Below are positions 17,151 to 25,988 of a DNA stretch of 64,000 nucleotides, in pieces (within the stretch, counting starts at the first letter, position 1; every line of letters begins with the position of its first letter). The stretch comes from a virus (taxonomy: Duplodnaviria; Heunggongvirae; Uroviricota; Caudoviricetes). Location of the stretch: the IMG/VR virus record IMGVR_UViG_3300006201_000009. One strand, given 5' to 3'. Made by a program: the position numbers and the translations under genes. Under the pieces are notes generated by a model, which saw only the letters and a program-made list of their open reading frames with translations, did no database searches and was not told where the DNA came from.

Positions 17151-17906
17151 TTACTCTAACGTAGCGGGCATATTTCTCTTGTGCTCTGACGCTTGGTGCA
17201 TTTGCTCTATTTTTAGAGCGGTTTCGTAATCCGTGTTTGAAGTTCCACCCGTGATATACCCGTCAAGCGTTGAGTATGTAAAGCCGAAACTATCTTCGTC
17301 ACTCTTGCCGCATAATCCATCGGACGGTGTCTTAACGACATACTTTTTATCTAATCCGAACTCCTCAGCAAGCAGTTCGCCGAGAGCAATAACCTCGGTA
17401 CAGGTTAGATGGGCAATGGGGTTGAAGTCGTATGCGCTGTCGCCCCATTTGGTTGTCCAACCGATATAAGCCTCGCTTGCATTGCCTGTTCCAATAACCC
17501 TGTATCCAAGGGTTTGGGCAATGGCGTACAGCACTGTCATACGAATACGAGGAGGGATATTGGTAAGTGATTTTCTTGAGATATTAAATACCTTACCGTT
17601 ACAATAATCCGAGCCAGAACCTTCGTCTTCGACAACCTCGAGCAATGAGTCATAAACTTTTCCGATATTAACTACCTTGAAGTTTATCCCAAGGGTTTCA
17701 ACAATTTTGAGAGAGTCGTCAAGGTCGGATTGGTTGTGATTTGGCATAAGAACGCCAAGCACATTGTCCCCCCAAACTTTCTTCGCAAGCATTGCTACAA
17801 CGGTGCTATCTTTGCCGCCACTTATTCCAAGAACAACTCCGCGACATCTTGTAATTTCTTTGTACTGTTCAAGCCAGTCTAATATTTCTTTTAGTTTAGC
17901 TTCCAT
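17151..17906 (-). CDS. nadE: NH3-dependent NAD+ synthetase (PP-loop ATP pyrophosphatase)
   Basis: PP-loop SGGKDS in GVVLGISGGKDSTVVAMLA; size 251 aa. Confidence 0.65.
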   Translation of the reverse strand: MEAKLKEILDWLEQYKEITRCRGVVLGISGGKDSTVVAMLAKKVWGDNVLGVLMPNHNQSDLDDSLKIVETLGINFKVVNIGKVYDSLLEVVEDEGSGSDYCNGKVFNISRKSLTNIPPRIRMTVLYAIAQTLGYRVIGTGNASEAYIGWTTKWGDSAYDFNPIAHLTCTEVIALGELLAEEFGLDKKYVVKTPSDGLCGKSDEDSFGFTYSTLDGYITGGTSNTDYETALKIEQMHQASEHKRNMPATLE

Positions 17907-18367
17907 ATTTCAACCTTCCATTTATCGTCGGCAAATTCTTCTTCGATGATTTTTCTCACTATGTTCCAGTCGCCGCCACCCAGTCCGCAACCGATGCCAT
18001 AAGGGAAGCCAATAGTAAATTCTGTATCGGCAATCTCTATCGGAATAAGGGTTTTAAGTTGTTGGCAGCATAGCCTAAACATCTCATAGTTCGTATGGTT
18101 AATGCCACGCGGCAAGTAATGAAGCTGTGCGAACATATTAGCAATGTAGTGGGTCTTAGCCTCTGAAATTGCGCATATTTGAGCAACTCCCATTAGGTAT
18201 TCCAGTTTATTCTGCTCGCATAGCTGTTTATATTTTGAAAAGATATGGGGGTAAGTGGCGCGTATCTGTTTTGCGATGCCTGAACCCATAACTCCTTGAC
18301 AGTTTACTTGGTGGCAGATGATATTGCAGTTGCTTTTAAGCAAATCTCCGTTTTTATATGTGATCAT
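17891..18367 (-). CDS. Macro-domain protein (ADP-ribose binding/hydrolase)
   Basis: ITYKNGDLLKSNCNIICHQVNCQGVMGSGIAKQI matches the macrodomain N-terminal signature. Confidence 0.6.
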   Translation of the reverse strand: MITYKNGDLLKSNCNIICHQVNCQGVMGSGIAKQIRATYPHIFSKYKQLCEQNKLEYLMGVAQICAISEAKTHYIANMFAQLHYLPRGINHTNYEMFRLCCQQLKTLIPIEIADTEFTIGFPYGIGCGLGGGDWNIVRKIIEEEFADDKWKVEIWKLN

Positions 18368-19860
18368 TAAAATTTATCTCCATAAAGCCTTCTGCGGACA
18401 TCGGCAAGACTATATTCGAGCGTCATCTTGCCGTCGTTAAAGACCGTCTTTAGGGCATTGTCGGCACGATAAGTCTCTTTGAAGTCGTGTTCGTCTTCGC
18501 TTGTTAACGCGCCGTCAGCCCCCGTTAAAACGAGCACACAGCCTTTGTGAGACTTTTTGAACGAAGCCTCTTTGGGATTTTTGAAAATCATTATAGGCTT
18601 TCCGTCTTTATCTTCAGCATAAGTCGCCTTGATGGCAATTCCGAACGTATCTCTTGTGTAGGGGTTGAACGTCGGGATAGCAGCGTGTTCCTCGTAAGAC
18701 TCAAGGCATTGCATAGAGAAGCTACCAACACCGAGAGCAACATTGCTTGCTGCAAATCCGTTGTCAACCAATATCGTGTAAATTGCTTCTGCTCTTTGAG
18801 GCGTAATGCTATCGCCGTATATTGCCTTGATATGGGGGTTTAGAACCTTGTAGCCCTTTGAGTTGACTGTTCCACCGAACTGCTCCCAAAGGTGGAACAC
18901 GGTCTTTGTGACGACCTCAACGGGGTCGCCAGAGTCGCCGCGCACCAAGAGACATCCGTTATGCTCGAGGATTTCTTTCTTACACATTGGCAAGATGTTG
19001 TCTACCAAGTTCCAGTAATCGTAGCTGTCGCTCACCATACTGAAAGACGTATTAGGATAGATTTCTGTGAGCAGACGCTTAATCATTGTGATTTCGTCAC
19101 CGTCAACCGCGAAATTGCTGCACATTACAGAGTGCTCAGTTGACACAGAACCAAAGCCGACTTCCTCTTTTGAACAGTCGCAGTTATAATATCTTTCCAT
19201 ATAATCTACCGCAGGAACGGTGGCAGTGTTCACGAATGATAACAGCCAACCGGCGGAAGATTTATATGCACTACGTTTTGACTCTTGTCCTCTCATTGAG
19301 AAATCTCCAAGAGCTTTTCTACGAGGGATATTGTCGTCGCAACTTAAATCATAGAAGTGATCTACAATTTTCCTATATTTGTACCCGACATTTGCCGAAA
19401 TCATGGCGTGCCACATTTCGCAACTGATGACAGATTCGAGCGCGTTTGTAAGCCAAGCAAAATCGGGGTGAGTGTTGCTTATCTCGAACATAGGAACGCC
19501 GATTGGAACGAGAGTGCCTTCTGCGAGTGCCTTAATCTCAATGGGCAGATAGCCCAAGTCGTGTAGTTCTGCGATGCGCTCAATGCCGTACAACCCTTCA
19601 CCGAGTGTGTTGTTGAGGAGATGTTTGTATTCGCGTACAACGTCTTCCTTAGGACGGGAAAAGAAGAACTCGTTAAAGTCTTCGATAAGATATTCTTTGA
19701 TGAAAGACTGTAACCCAAACATTATAAGGTGTTTATCGTTCTTTAATCTGCTCATTCTTGGCACAAAATAGCTTACGACCTTCGTGATGCCTTTTGGATA
19801 TTGGTTCCAATGAACTTGTTTATAAAAATCGCTTTCTAAAAGCGGGTTAATTCTGTACAT
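18367..19860 (-). CDS. nadV: Nicotinamide phosphoribosyltransferase (NAMPT/NadV)
   Basis: ESDFYKQVHWNQYPKGITKVVSYFVPR N-terminal NAMPT signature; 497 aa. Confidence 0.65.
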   Translation of the reverse strand: MYRINPLLESDFYKQVHWNQYPKGITKVVSYFVPRMSRLKNDKHLIMFGLQSFIKEYLIEDFNEFFFSRPKEDVVREYKHLLNNTLGEGLYGIERIAELHDLGYLPIEIKALAEGTLVPIGVPMFEISNTHPDFAWLTNALESVISCEMWHAMISANVGYKYRKIVDHFYDLSCDDNIPRRKALGDFSMRGQESKRSAYKSSAGWLLSFVNTATVPAVDYMERYYNCDCSKEEVGFGSVSTEHSVMCSNFAVDGDEITMIKRLLTEIYPNTSFSMVSDSYDYWNLVDNILPMCKKEILEHNGCLLVRGDSGDPVEVVTKTVFHLWEQFGGTVNSKGYKVLNPHIKAIYGDSITPQRAEAIYTILVDNGFAASNVALGVGSFSMQCLESYEEHAAIPTFNPYTRDTFGIAIKATYAEDKDGKPIMIFKNPKEASFKKSHKGCVLVLTGADGALTSEDEHDFKETYRADNALKTVFNDGKMTLEYSLADVRRRLYGDKF

Positions 19861-20656
19861 TTAGTAAGCCCTCCCTGTAACACCTTGTGACTTTGAGTTT
19901 TGGATGTGATACGGTACAAATACTGTCGGTAGTGAACACTGCATCTATATGATCGAACACCTCACCCTTAAGAATGTTATTCTCGCAATGTGATACAACG
20001 AGGGTAATATGTTCGACACCGCGTTTTCTTAATTCTTTCGCCGCCGCAACGAATGTTCCACCGTAGCTACAAATGTCGTCACGAATGATAACGCTCTTTG
20101 TCCCTTCTACGAAGTTCATCAACTCATAGCTTTCAATACGACCATCCGTGTTGCGGTGTTTATTTCCGATAATGAAAGGGTTGTCTGTCGGCTCAAGATG
20201 ATAACGAGGAGCGTACTTCTTTGCAGCTCCGTTGTCAGGAAACATAATGGTTGCTTGCTCATCTTTGGGCGAAACCCTGAACGGTAAGTCACTTTCTTCC
20301 ACACGATCAATGAGTGCCATTGAAACATCGGAGTGGGGGTCGAGTACAAACACTTTGTTAAACTTCATAAGATTTATGAGTTCTGCAAAATATTTGAGGG
20401 TAAACAGTCTATTGCTGACGTTTCTGTCTTGCCGTGCATGAGGAATATACGGCATACAAAGATTTATGAGAAGTGTAGGGTGTTGCTGGCGAATGTGTCC
20501 TACAAGACTCCACAGGCAAAACAGCTCTGCGTCATTGTCGTAGCACCACGTAATATAGATAAAACCACGCGCCGCTGCAATTGGTGGAATAGGGCATTTA
20601 AGCGTTCCGTCGCCAAATGTTTCTTGTTTAATAATCGTGTCTTCGATTTTAATCAT
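19847..20656 (-). CDS. prs: Ribose-phosphate pyrophosphokinase (PRPP synthetase)
   Basis: PRPP-binding loop IIRDDICSYGGTFVAAAKEL; DPHSDVS motif; linked to nadV as in other phage NAD salvage modules. Confidence 0.6.
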   Translation of the reverse strand: MIKIEDTIIKQETFGDGTLKCPIPPIAAARGFIYITWCYDNDAELFCLWSLVGHIRQQHPTLLINLCMPYIPHARQDRNVSNRLFTLKYFAELINLMKFNKVFVLDPHSDVSMALIDRVEESDLPFRVSPKDEQATIMFPDNGAAKKYAPRYHLEPTDNPFIIGNKHRNTDGRIESYELMNFVEGTKSVIIRDDICSYGGTFVAAAKELRKRGVEHITLVVSHCENNILKGEVFDHIDAVFTTDSICTVSHPKLKVTRCYREGLLNVQN

Positions 20657-20677
20657 TGTGTTTCTCCGTTATATGTC

Positions 20678-21448
20678 TTAGTCTTCGGATACAGCGCCGA
20701 GTTCTAATAAAATTGGTACGAGTTCATCTTCCAAGAAAATGTCATACCACTCGTCGAATGCGTCCTTTGTTGCTTCGTTGAACTTGCTTGCTTCGATGTC
20801 TGGCTTTAGGTCATAACCGACGTCATACAAAGCACAATCGGATAATGTTCCTTCGCCGTTAAGATAACCGTGTTCTTGTGCCCAGCTATGCACAAATGCC
20901 CTTAACTCATCGTTTGAGTTAATAACTGCAATCTGGCAACTGTGCATAACTTCCAACGCGGCTTCGTGCTTCTCTTTTGTTAGCCCTGCGCATAAGTCGG
21001 CAAGAACAAGTATGTTTGCTTTGCTGAACAAGGTTACAAGGTTAAGAGCGTTAGATACGACGCAAATATCGGTACAGGTTCCGCATAGTTGAATTTCTTC
21101 TGGGAACTCGCACTTTGTTTTAATTGCAACGTACAGCGGTGTACCCGCTGAGAATGTGGTTTTGTTCACTTTAAGGATTGTTGCCTTAGGGTTGCGCTCT
21201 GCCGCCGCGTAGATTTCTGTATTGATGTTCCATCCCTCAGTTAAGGCGATGCAGTGGGGGACTGGTAGGTTCTTGCCCTCGCGAGTGTCGAGATAATCTT
21301 CCTCGTGTGTGTCTCTTGTAAAAACAATCAGACCTTCAAAGTTCGATACATAGTTAGCAACTTTATTAACGATTGCCTGTGCCATAGGATTAGCCAGCGA
21401 ACCGTCGATAAAATCGTTCTGCATATCGACAACAACTAAAACTTTCAT
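20678..21448 (-). CDS. pncA: Nicotinamidase / isochorismatase-family cysteine hydrolase (PncA-like)
   Basis: VVVDMQNDF, catalytic Cys context LCGTCTDICV. Confidence 0.6.
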   Translation of the reverse strand: MKVLVVVDMQNDFIDGSLANPMAQAIVNKVANYVSNFEGLIVFTRDTHEEDYLDTREGKNLPVPHCIALTEGWNINTEIYAAAERNPKATILKVNKTTFSAGTPLYVAIKTKCEFPEEIQLCGTCTDICVVSNALNLVTLFSKANILVLADLCAGLTKEKHEAALEVMHSCQIAVINSNDELRAFVHSWAQEHGYLNGEGTLSDCALYDVGYDLKPDIEASKFNEATKDAFDEWYDIFLEDELVPILLELGAVSED

Positions 21449-21602
21449 TGTTCCTCCTGAATTTTTATTTCTTGTAATACTTGCTCTTTTGTTTGTATGC
21501 GTCGAGCATATTCAAGCGCATCCTCGAATGAAGAAGCCTTGATATTTTCCGTCGAAAAGCTATTCTTGTCCAGCTCGTAGAAAGTTATTAAATAGTTTTC
21601 CA

Positions 21603-21842
21603 TTATTTTTGTCCTGTTAGAATGTATTTAAGTTTTGCTTGATCTTCCGGTGTATCCATAGAGGGTTGATAAACGTTGCCACCGTCAGGTGAATTGTAGT
21701 CCACATATAATTGACCATTTTCATACCAAGCGGCTTCGATTTCTTCATCGTCCTCGAAAACAAAAACATCATAAATGCGGTCAATTTGTTCTTTGGTTAA
21801 ATAGTTATTCAAATCGTTTGGTGTTATCATATACGCCTCCAT
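21603..21842 (-). CDS. Hypothetical acidic small protein
   Basis: ORF only. Confidence 0.3.
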   Translation of the reverse strand: MEAYMITPNDLNNYLTKEQIDRIYDVFVFEDDEEIEAAWYENGQLYVDYNSPDGGNVYQPSMDTPEDQAKLKYILTGQK

Positions 21843-21891
21843 GCGCGGAAAAGTTTTGCGACGAATAATTAGCTCATTCGTCGTTATTGAT

Positions 21892-21968
21892 TGGTCGGAG
21901 CGACAGGATTTGAACCTGCGACCTTATGATCCCAAATCATACGCACTACCAAACTGTGCTACGCCCCG
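21892..21968 (-). tRNA. tRNA-Pro (anticodon UGG), CCA encoded
   Basis: Acceptor CGGGGCG/CGCTCCG, D arm GCACAGTTTGGTAGTGC, loop TTTGGGA, T loop GGTTCAAATCC, CCA. Confidence 0.7.
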
Positions 21969-22097
21969 ATGGCGGGTTAACGTGACCCGAACGGCATATC
22001 CCATAATTTAGCGCCGAAATGTGGTGCAACATTGTACTTCTGTTACATAATCCAACATTTCATTTAGGGCTATGGAAATCATTTGCTCTAACCCTCG

Positions 22098-22174
22098 TTG
22101 GTCGGAGTGAGAGGACTCGAACCCCCAAATTGCTGATCCTAAGTCAGCCGCCTATGCCAATTCGGCTACACTCC
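22098..22174 (-). tRNA. tRNA, type I, anticodon-loop CTTAGGA (anticodon UAG; Leu-like anticodon but no long variable arm)
   Basis: Acceptor CGGAGTG/CACTCCG + CCA; T loop TTCGAGT; D loop AATTGGCATA shared with two neighbours. Confidence 0.5.
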
Positions 22175-22177
22175 GTT

Positions 22178-22254
22178 GTGGTGGGAGAAGAGAGACTTGA
22201 ACTCTCAGAACCCAGTGTTTGAGGCTGGTACGTATGCCAATTCCGTCATTCTCC
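22178..22254 (-). tRNA. tRNA, type I, anticodon loop CTCAAAC (anticodon CAA?)
   Basis: Acceptor GGGAGAA/TTCTCCC + CCA; T loop GTTCAAGTC; D loop AATTGGCATA. Confidence 0.45.
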
Positions 22255-22359
22255 CGCGTCCTGCACCTAAGCATTGCTTATATACATCCGCAAGTTCTCG
22301 TTAAGCTATTCCTTGTTTCAGCTATTCCCAATACCCTTAACGTGGCTGGGAGGTGCAAG

Positions 22360-22436
22360 TGGTCAGGACGGTGGGAGTTGAACCCACAAAACACGGGGTT
22401 TAAGCCCGATGTCTATGCCAATTCGACTACGTCCTG
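22360..22436 (-). tRNA. tRNA, type I, anticodon loop CTTAAAC (anticodon UAA?)
   Basis: Acceptor CAGGACG/CGTCCTG + CCA; T loop GGTTCAACTCC; D loop AATTGGCATA. Confidence 0.45.
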
Positions 22437-22602
22437 ATAAAGCTCTTTCCAATTCGCCCAAGATTTCTCTTGCTCACGAGCAGATGAGTAGGTCGGTGAT
22501 GTTACCTGACGTTTCTTGGTTGTGATGTTATGTGCAATCATCACAAGCGCCGGTGCTTCTGGAAAGAGTTGTTATGTCGTTCTTGCACTGAACGGACATA
22601 AG

Positions 22603-22677
22603 TGGAGCGGGTAGCGAGAATTGAACTCGCACCTTCTGCTTGGAAGGCAGACGTCGTAGCCTTTTGACTATGCCCGC
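22603..22677 (-). tRNA. tRNA-Gly (UCC)
   Basis: Acceptor GCGGGCA; anticodon stem TCTGC/GCAGA, loop CTTCCAA; T loop GTTCAATTC; CCA. Confidence 0.65.
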
Positions 22678-23037
22678 AAAAAAAACTAATGGTGTGCTGT
22701 TACGCTAAAGACTCCAAGGGCACATATAGCATTGCCAGCGAACAGGGACTTAGCATATTCCACTGGGTTAAGTCGCAGAGTTTTCCTTTCTTTGCAACCT
22801 TACTATATTACACACTACTTACAGCTCTCGAACATCATAGATATCAGACCCTCGGGCGTATTTCAACGCCGTCCAAACTGCACTATATTGATGCCGTACC
22901 ACTTTCGTTTCCCTGAGGTGAAGATGTGTAGTGTAAGTTCACATCACATCGTTTCTTGTATGCCCGTGTACTTTGTCATACTTCCTCTCGTCACTCTTTA
23001 GATGGTGGCTGCTTCTAAGCCCACATTCCATTAGTGA

Positions 23038-23120
23038 TGGTGGGAGAGGTTGGACTCGAACCAACGAAGCCGAAACGCCTGATTTACAGTCAGGTGCAAT
23101 TGCCGCTATGCGACTCTCCC
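23038..23120 (-). tRNA. tRNA-Tyr (GUA), type II with long variable arm
   Basis: Acceptor GGGAGAG/CTCTCCC, anticodon stem CCTGA/TCAGG loop CTGTAAA, variable arm ~13 nt, T loop GGTTCGAGTCC, CCA. Confidence 0.65.
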
Positions 23121-23166
23121 ATGTAGTAAGAGCATCCTACCTAAACATTGAACGAACCGCCCCAGG

Positions 23167-23200
23167 TGGACGGTGTTGGAGTCGAACCAACATCTCTCTT
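23167..23200 (-). other. tRNA 3'-half-like remnant (T arm + acceptor 3' strand + CCA) immediately after tRNA-Lys
   Basis: Minus strand reads ...GTTGGTTCGACTCCAACACCGTCCA with no 5' half. Confidence 0.4.
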
Positions 23201-23276
23201 TGGTACCCGCGGTGAGAATCGAACTCACGACCCTTTGATTAAAAGTCAAATGCTCTACCGACTGAGCTACGCGGAT
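23201..23276 (-). tRNA. tRNA-Lys (UUU)
   Basis: GCGTAGCTCAGTCGGTAGAGCA D arm; anticodon stem TTTGA/TCAAA loop CTTTTAA; T loop GTTCGATTC; CCA. Confidence 0.65.
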
Positions 23277-23550
23277 AAAAAACAAGACACACCGAGACCT
23301 TCTATGTACATAAAGTAGCCAAAAATGGCAGAGGGCAACCAACGTAACACCTATATCCGCTCCCAGTTGCTTTTGCGGAGGAGTATGCTATTTAAGCATA
23401 AATCATTTAGCTTTGCTAAAAGTCATCTAACAACGGTTAGAACGTGGAAAACTCGCCAGCGAGCAGTCCTCAACTATACTGTTAATCTTCGTAAAGTTGC
23501 TGTGTGTGTCTTTAATAATGCGATGTTAAAAGGAGTGTACTTAATCGCAT

Positions 23551-23624
23551 TGGCAGGGACGGATGGGCTCGAACCATCACTGCGGGAGTCAAAGTCCCGT
23601 GCGCTACCGTTACGCTACGTCCCT
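23551..23624 (-). tRNA. tRNA-Gln (UUG)
   Basis: Acceptor AGGGACG/CGTCCCT; anticodon stem CGGGA/TCCCG loop CTTTGAC; T loop GGTTCGAGCCC; CCA. Confidence 0.6.
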
Positions 23625-23898
23625 ATAAAGGCTTTAAGGTCAGCCAACCGCACATACTTAACCCGAAAAATACTCAGGGTTGGATATTTGCTCCCCGAAG
23701 GTTTTACTCGATACTCAAACACACAAAGGGAATTTTCACTCGTCTCGTGAAATTCGTTATCGAATCGGATTTTCATGAGCTCGCGTAGTGAGCTTCTAAA
23801 AATCTGATTTGATGGAAGGGCGTTGTGATACATTTGCTATAAGCAAGTGCCTAACAGTATGTATAAAAGTTAGCATTGCTGTTTGAGTATCGGAGTAG

Positions 23899-23978
23899 TG
23901 GTGGAGCTGTTGGGATTTGAACCCAAGTCCTACGAATTCACTTTGGTTTTAATCGTAGTCGAAACCTTTCTCAGCCCC
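23899..23978 (-). ncRNA. tRNA-like RNA with canonical acceptor stem, T arm and CCA but aberrant D/anticodon region
   Basis: GGGGCTG...TTGGGTTCAAATCCCAA CAGCTCC A CCA; central part folds as an 5-bp stem (TACGA/TCGTA) with a 17-nt loop rather than a cloverleaf. Confidence 0.4.
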
Positions 23979-23979
23979 A

Positions 23980-24055
23980 TGGTTGGCAAGGATGGAATCG
24001 AACCATCGGCAACTGGTTTATAAGACCAGCCCCATCACCACTTGGGTACTTGCCA
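23980..24055 (-). tRNA. tRNA with anticodon UAU (Ile-like, AUA-decoding)
   Basis: Acceptor TGGCAAG/CTTGCCA, U8A9, D stem CCCA/TGGG loop AGTGGTGA, anticodon stem CTGGT/ACCAG loop CTTATAA, T loop TTCGATT, A73, CCA. Confidence 0.6.
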
Positions 24056-24060
24056 ATATG

Positions 24061-24136
24061 TGGAGCTGGATGTCGGACTTGAACCGACAACCTATCGCTT
24101 ACAAGGCGATTGCTCTGCCAATTGAGCTAATCCAGC
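24061..24136 (-). tRNA. tRNA-Thr (UGU)
   Basis: GCTGGATTAGCTCAATTGGCAGAGC; anticodon stem ATCGC/GCGAT loop CTTGTAA; T loop GGTTCAAGTCC; CCA. Confidence 0.65.
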
Positions 24137-24138
24137 GT

Positions 24139-24216
24139 TGGTCACCGCAGAGGGGGTCGAACCCTCAAACTCCACCGTGAAAGGGTGGTGACTTTAGCCA
24201 TTTTGTCTATGCGGCG
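24139..24216 (-). tRNA. tRNA-Glu (UUC)
   Basis: Anticodon stem CCACC/GGTGG loop CTTTCAC; T loop GGTTCGACCCC; CCA; acceptor with one G-U. Confidence 0.55.
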
Positions 24217-24368
24217 ATAAAAATATATAGGCTGTTCCTCAAACTCCATTTAACGTATCGTTATTTTCCGGCGCCCCAGTCAATAACTTTATCCATCCTT
24301 TCCCCGTTTCAATGCGGGTGTCTGCTTTACACTTCACTTCGCGGTTAGTACGGCACCTATATATTTTT

Positions 24369-24515
24369 TGGTGACTCGAACAGGAATTGAACCTGTACAT
24401 CTATCCCGTTTCTCGGCTACATACTGCAATGCAGGGATGTCGCGAACATCGCCGTAACCTACGCTTTAAGGCTTACTGTTCCCTCAGGGGTGTTCTATCA
24501 TTGAACTATCGAGCC
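24369..24515 (-). ncRNA. 147-nt tRNA-like RNA: canonical acceptor, U8A9, D arm, T arm and CCA, with ~70 extra nt replacing/inside the anticodon-variable region
   Basis: 5' GGCTCGA-TA-GTTC-AATGATA-GAAC ... 3' ACAGG-TTCAATT-CCTGT-TCGAGTC-A-CCA; 7-bp acceptor pairing (one G-U); internal small hairpins (CCCTGAGGG, GCGATGTTCGC, CTGCATTGCAG). Confidence 0.45.
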
Positions 24516-24518
24516 AAA

Positions 24519-24608
24519 TGGCGGAGGGTGTAGGACTCGAACCTACGCTCCGAATGAACGGAGAACGGCTTAGCAAGCCGCGGCAGTACCAACTATGCTT
24601 AACCCTCC
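24519..24608 (-). tRNA. tRNA-Ser (GCU), type II
   Basis: Acceptor GGAGGGT/ACCCTCC; anticodon stem GCGGC/GCCGT loop TTGCTAA; variable arm CTCCG-TTCATT-CGGAG; T loop GGTTCGAGTCC; CCA. Confidence 0.65.
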
Positions 24609-24622
24609 AAGCGGGAGCATCG

Positions 24623-24886
24623 CTACTCCCAATATGGATATATTTCAGCATCCGACACGTCTCCGTGAGACCATTTTACTGCCTTTCCGGCGTGAACAAT
24701 GGGCTCATCTTCTTTGTCATCGAATGATTGTTGTACCTTTTGCGTTGCGGCTTCTTCATTTTTTGCAAACACAACTCGTTGTCCATATATTCTGCCGCCG
24801 TCAAAGTAGGTTCCAGAGTAGGGAACTGTGAATTTCTTTAATCCTTTAATCATAAAACACCTATTCTGTATTGAAATTTTCGCCAT
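24623..24886 (-). CDS. Hypothetical protein
   Basis: ORF only. Confidence 0.3.
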   Translation of the reverse strand: MAKISIQNRCFMIKGLKKFTVPYSGTYFDGGRIYGQRVVFAKNEEAATQKVQQSFDDKEDEPIVHAGKAVKWSHGDVSDAEIYPYWE

Positions 24887-25133
24887 TCGCAGATATAAAG
24901 GTTGTAACAGCTTTTGCTATGTCATTTTTTTCACCTTTGATAACGAGAGTAAGTTCAGTTTGATACGATTGCTTGCACTTAACTATTGCTATATTAAATC
25001 GCGAATGATTTCGTATGAACCATTCCAGTGCGTGACGAACAGGGACATACAGGTATTCGCCAAATGAACACGTGCGGTCATATTTATGCACGGAATTTAT
25101 GTGAAGCACTTTCTTTCTTTTCATATTGACCAC
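24861..25133 (-). CDS. Hypothetical protein
   Basis: ORF only. Confidence 0.3.
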   Translation of the reverse strand: MVNMKRKKVLHINSVHKYDRTCSFGEYLYVPVRHALEWFIRNHSRFNIAIVKCKQSYQTELTLVIKGEKNDIAKAVTTFISANGENFNTE

Positions 25134-25156
25134 CTTTTTTGAATAAAAGAGTACTT

Positions 25157-25378
25157 TTATTTAAGGTTACGCAAGATTGTTTTCTTGTCTATGTCACACA
25201 TCTCGCAAAGTTCATCAAACCAGTCAGACGAAAAGAATTTTTTCAGCTCTTTCATATTGAAGTCCTTGCATTCCGTGGCTTGTCCGTTCCGTAATGCTCG
25301 GAAATCTGAGATTGCTTGTAGCAATACTGCGGCAATCAATCTGCGAATGGTTGTTTGATCAACATACTGTGTGCTCAT
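25157..25378 (-). CDS. Hypothetical protein
   Basis: ORF only. Confidence 0.3.
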   Translation of the reverse strand: MSTQYVDQTTIRRLIAAVLLQAISDFRALRNGQATECKDFNMKELKKFFSSDWFDELCEMCDIDKKTILRNLK

Positions 25379-25402
25379 ATTTATGTATCCTTATAAATTT
25401 TT

Positions 25403-25491
25403 TGGCGGAAGCGGTGAGATTTGAACTCACGAACCCTTGCGGATTGCCAGTTTTCAAGACTGGTGCAATAAACCAAGCTCTGCCACACTTC
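25403..25491 (-). tRNA. tRNA-Ser (UGA), type II
   Basis: Acceptor GGAAGTG/CGCTTCC; anticodon stem CCAGT/ACTGG loop CTTGAAA; long variable arm; T loop GGTTCAAATCTC; CCA. Confidence 0.6.
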
Positions 25492-25502
25492 CATAGTAGG
25501 GT

Positions 25503-25974
25503 TTAACCCCACACGACGGCGCATAAACTTGCAAGTCGCGCTCTATATTCAAAGTCTTTCGGTAAAAAATTGCCGTACAAGAGCTTCATTTCCGAAATCA
25601 AAGCCTCTTCGCTTTCATAAGCTTGCTCAAACAGCGACGCATACCTCGGTAAACACATCAAAACCCAATCATCGTTCTCAACATCAACACCTATTTCGTT
25701 AATGTCTTTGATAAGAGGGGTAAAATCACCGTAAATATCGTTTCCGTATGACCATTTGTGACAGATTACACCTTGTTCCCAATTTTCTTTGAGATAATAT
25801 TGGCTATCGTCGCAAATGTATTGTCTAATGGCGTCGTATATATCTTCGCCTTCGTCGGGTTCAAGCTCAATGCCGTCTTTTTCTTTAATATATTCGCGGA
25901 ATTTTTCCACGTCGATTTCCTGAATTTTGACCGCAAGCCCTTTATCGCTCACGGCATAGCTGTGTGTACTCATA
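25503..25974 (-). CDS. Hypothetical acidic protein
   Basis: AAGGAG RBS before MSTHSY start; longer ORF-track version overlaps tRNA-Trp and is rejected. Confidence 0.4.
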
Positions 25975-25988
25975 ATTGCTCCTTTTTT

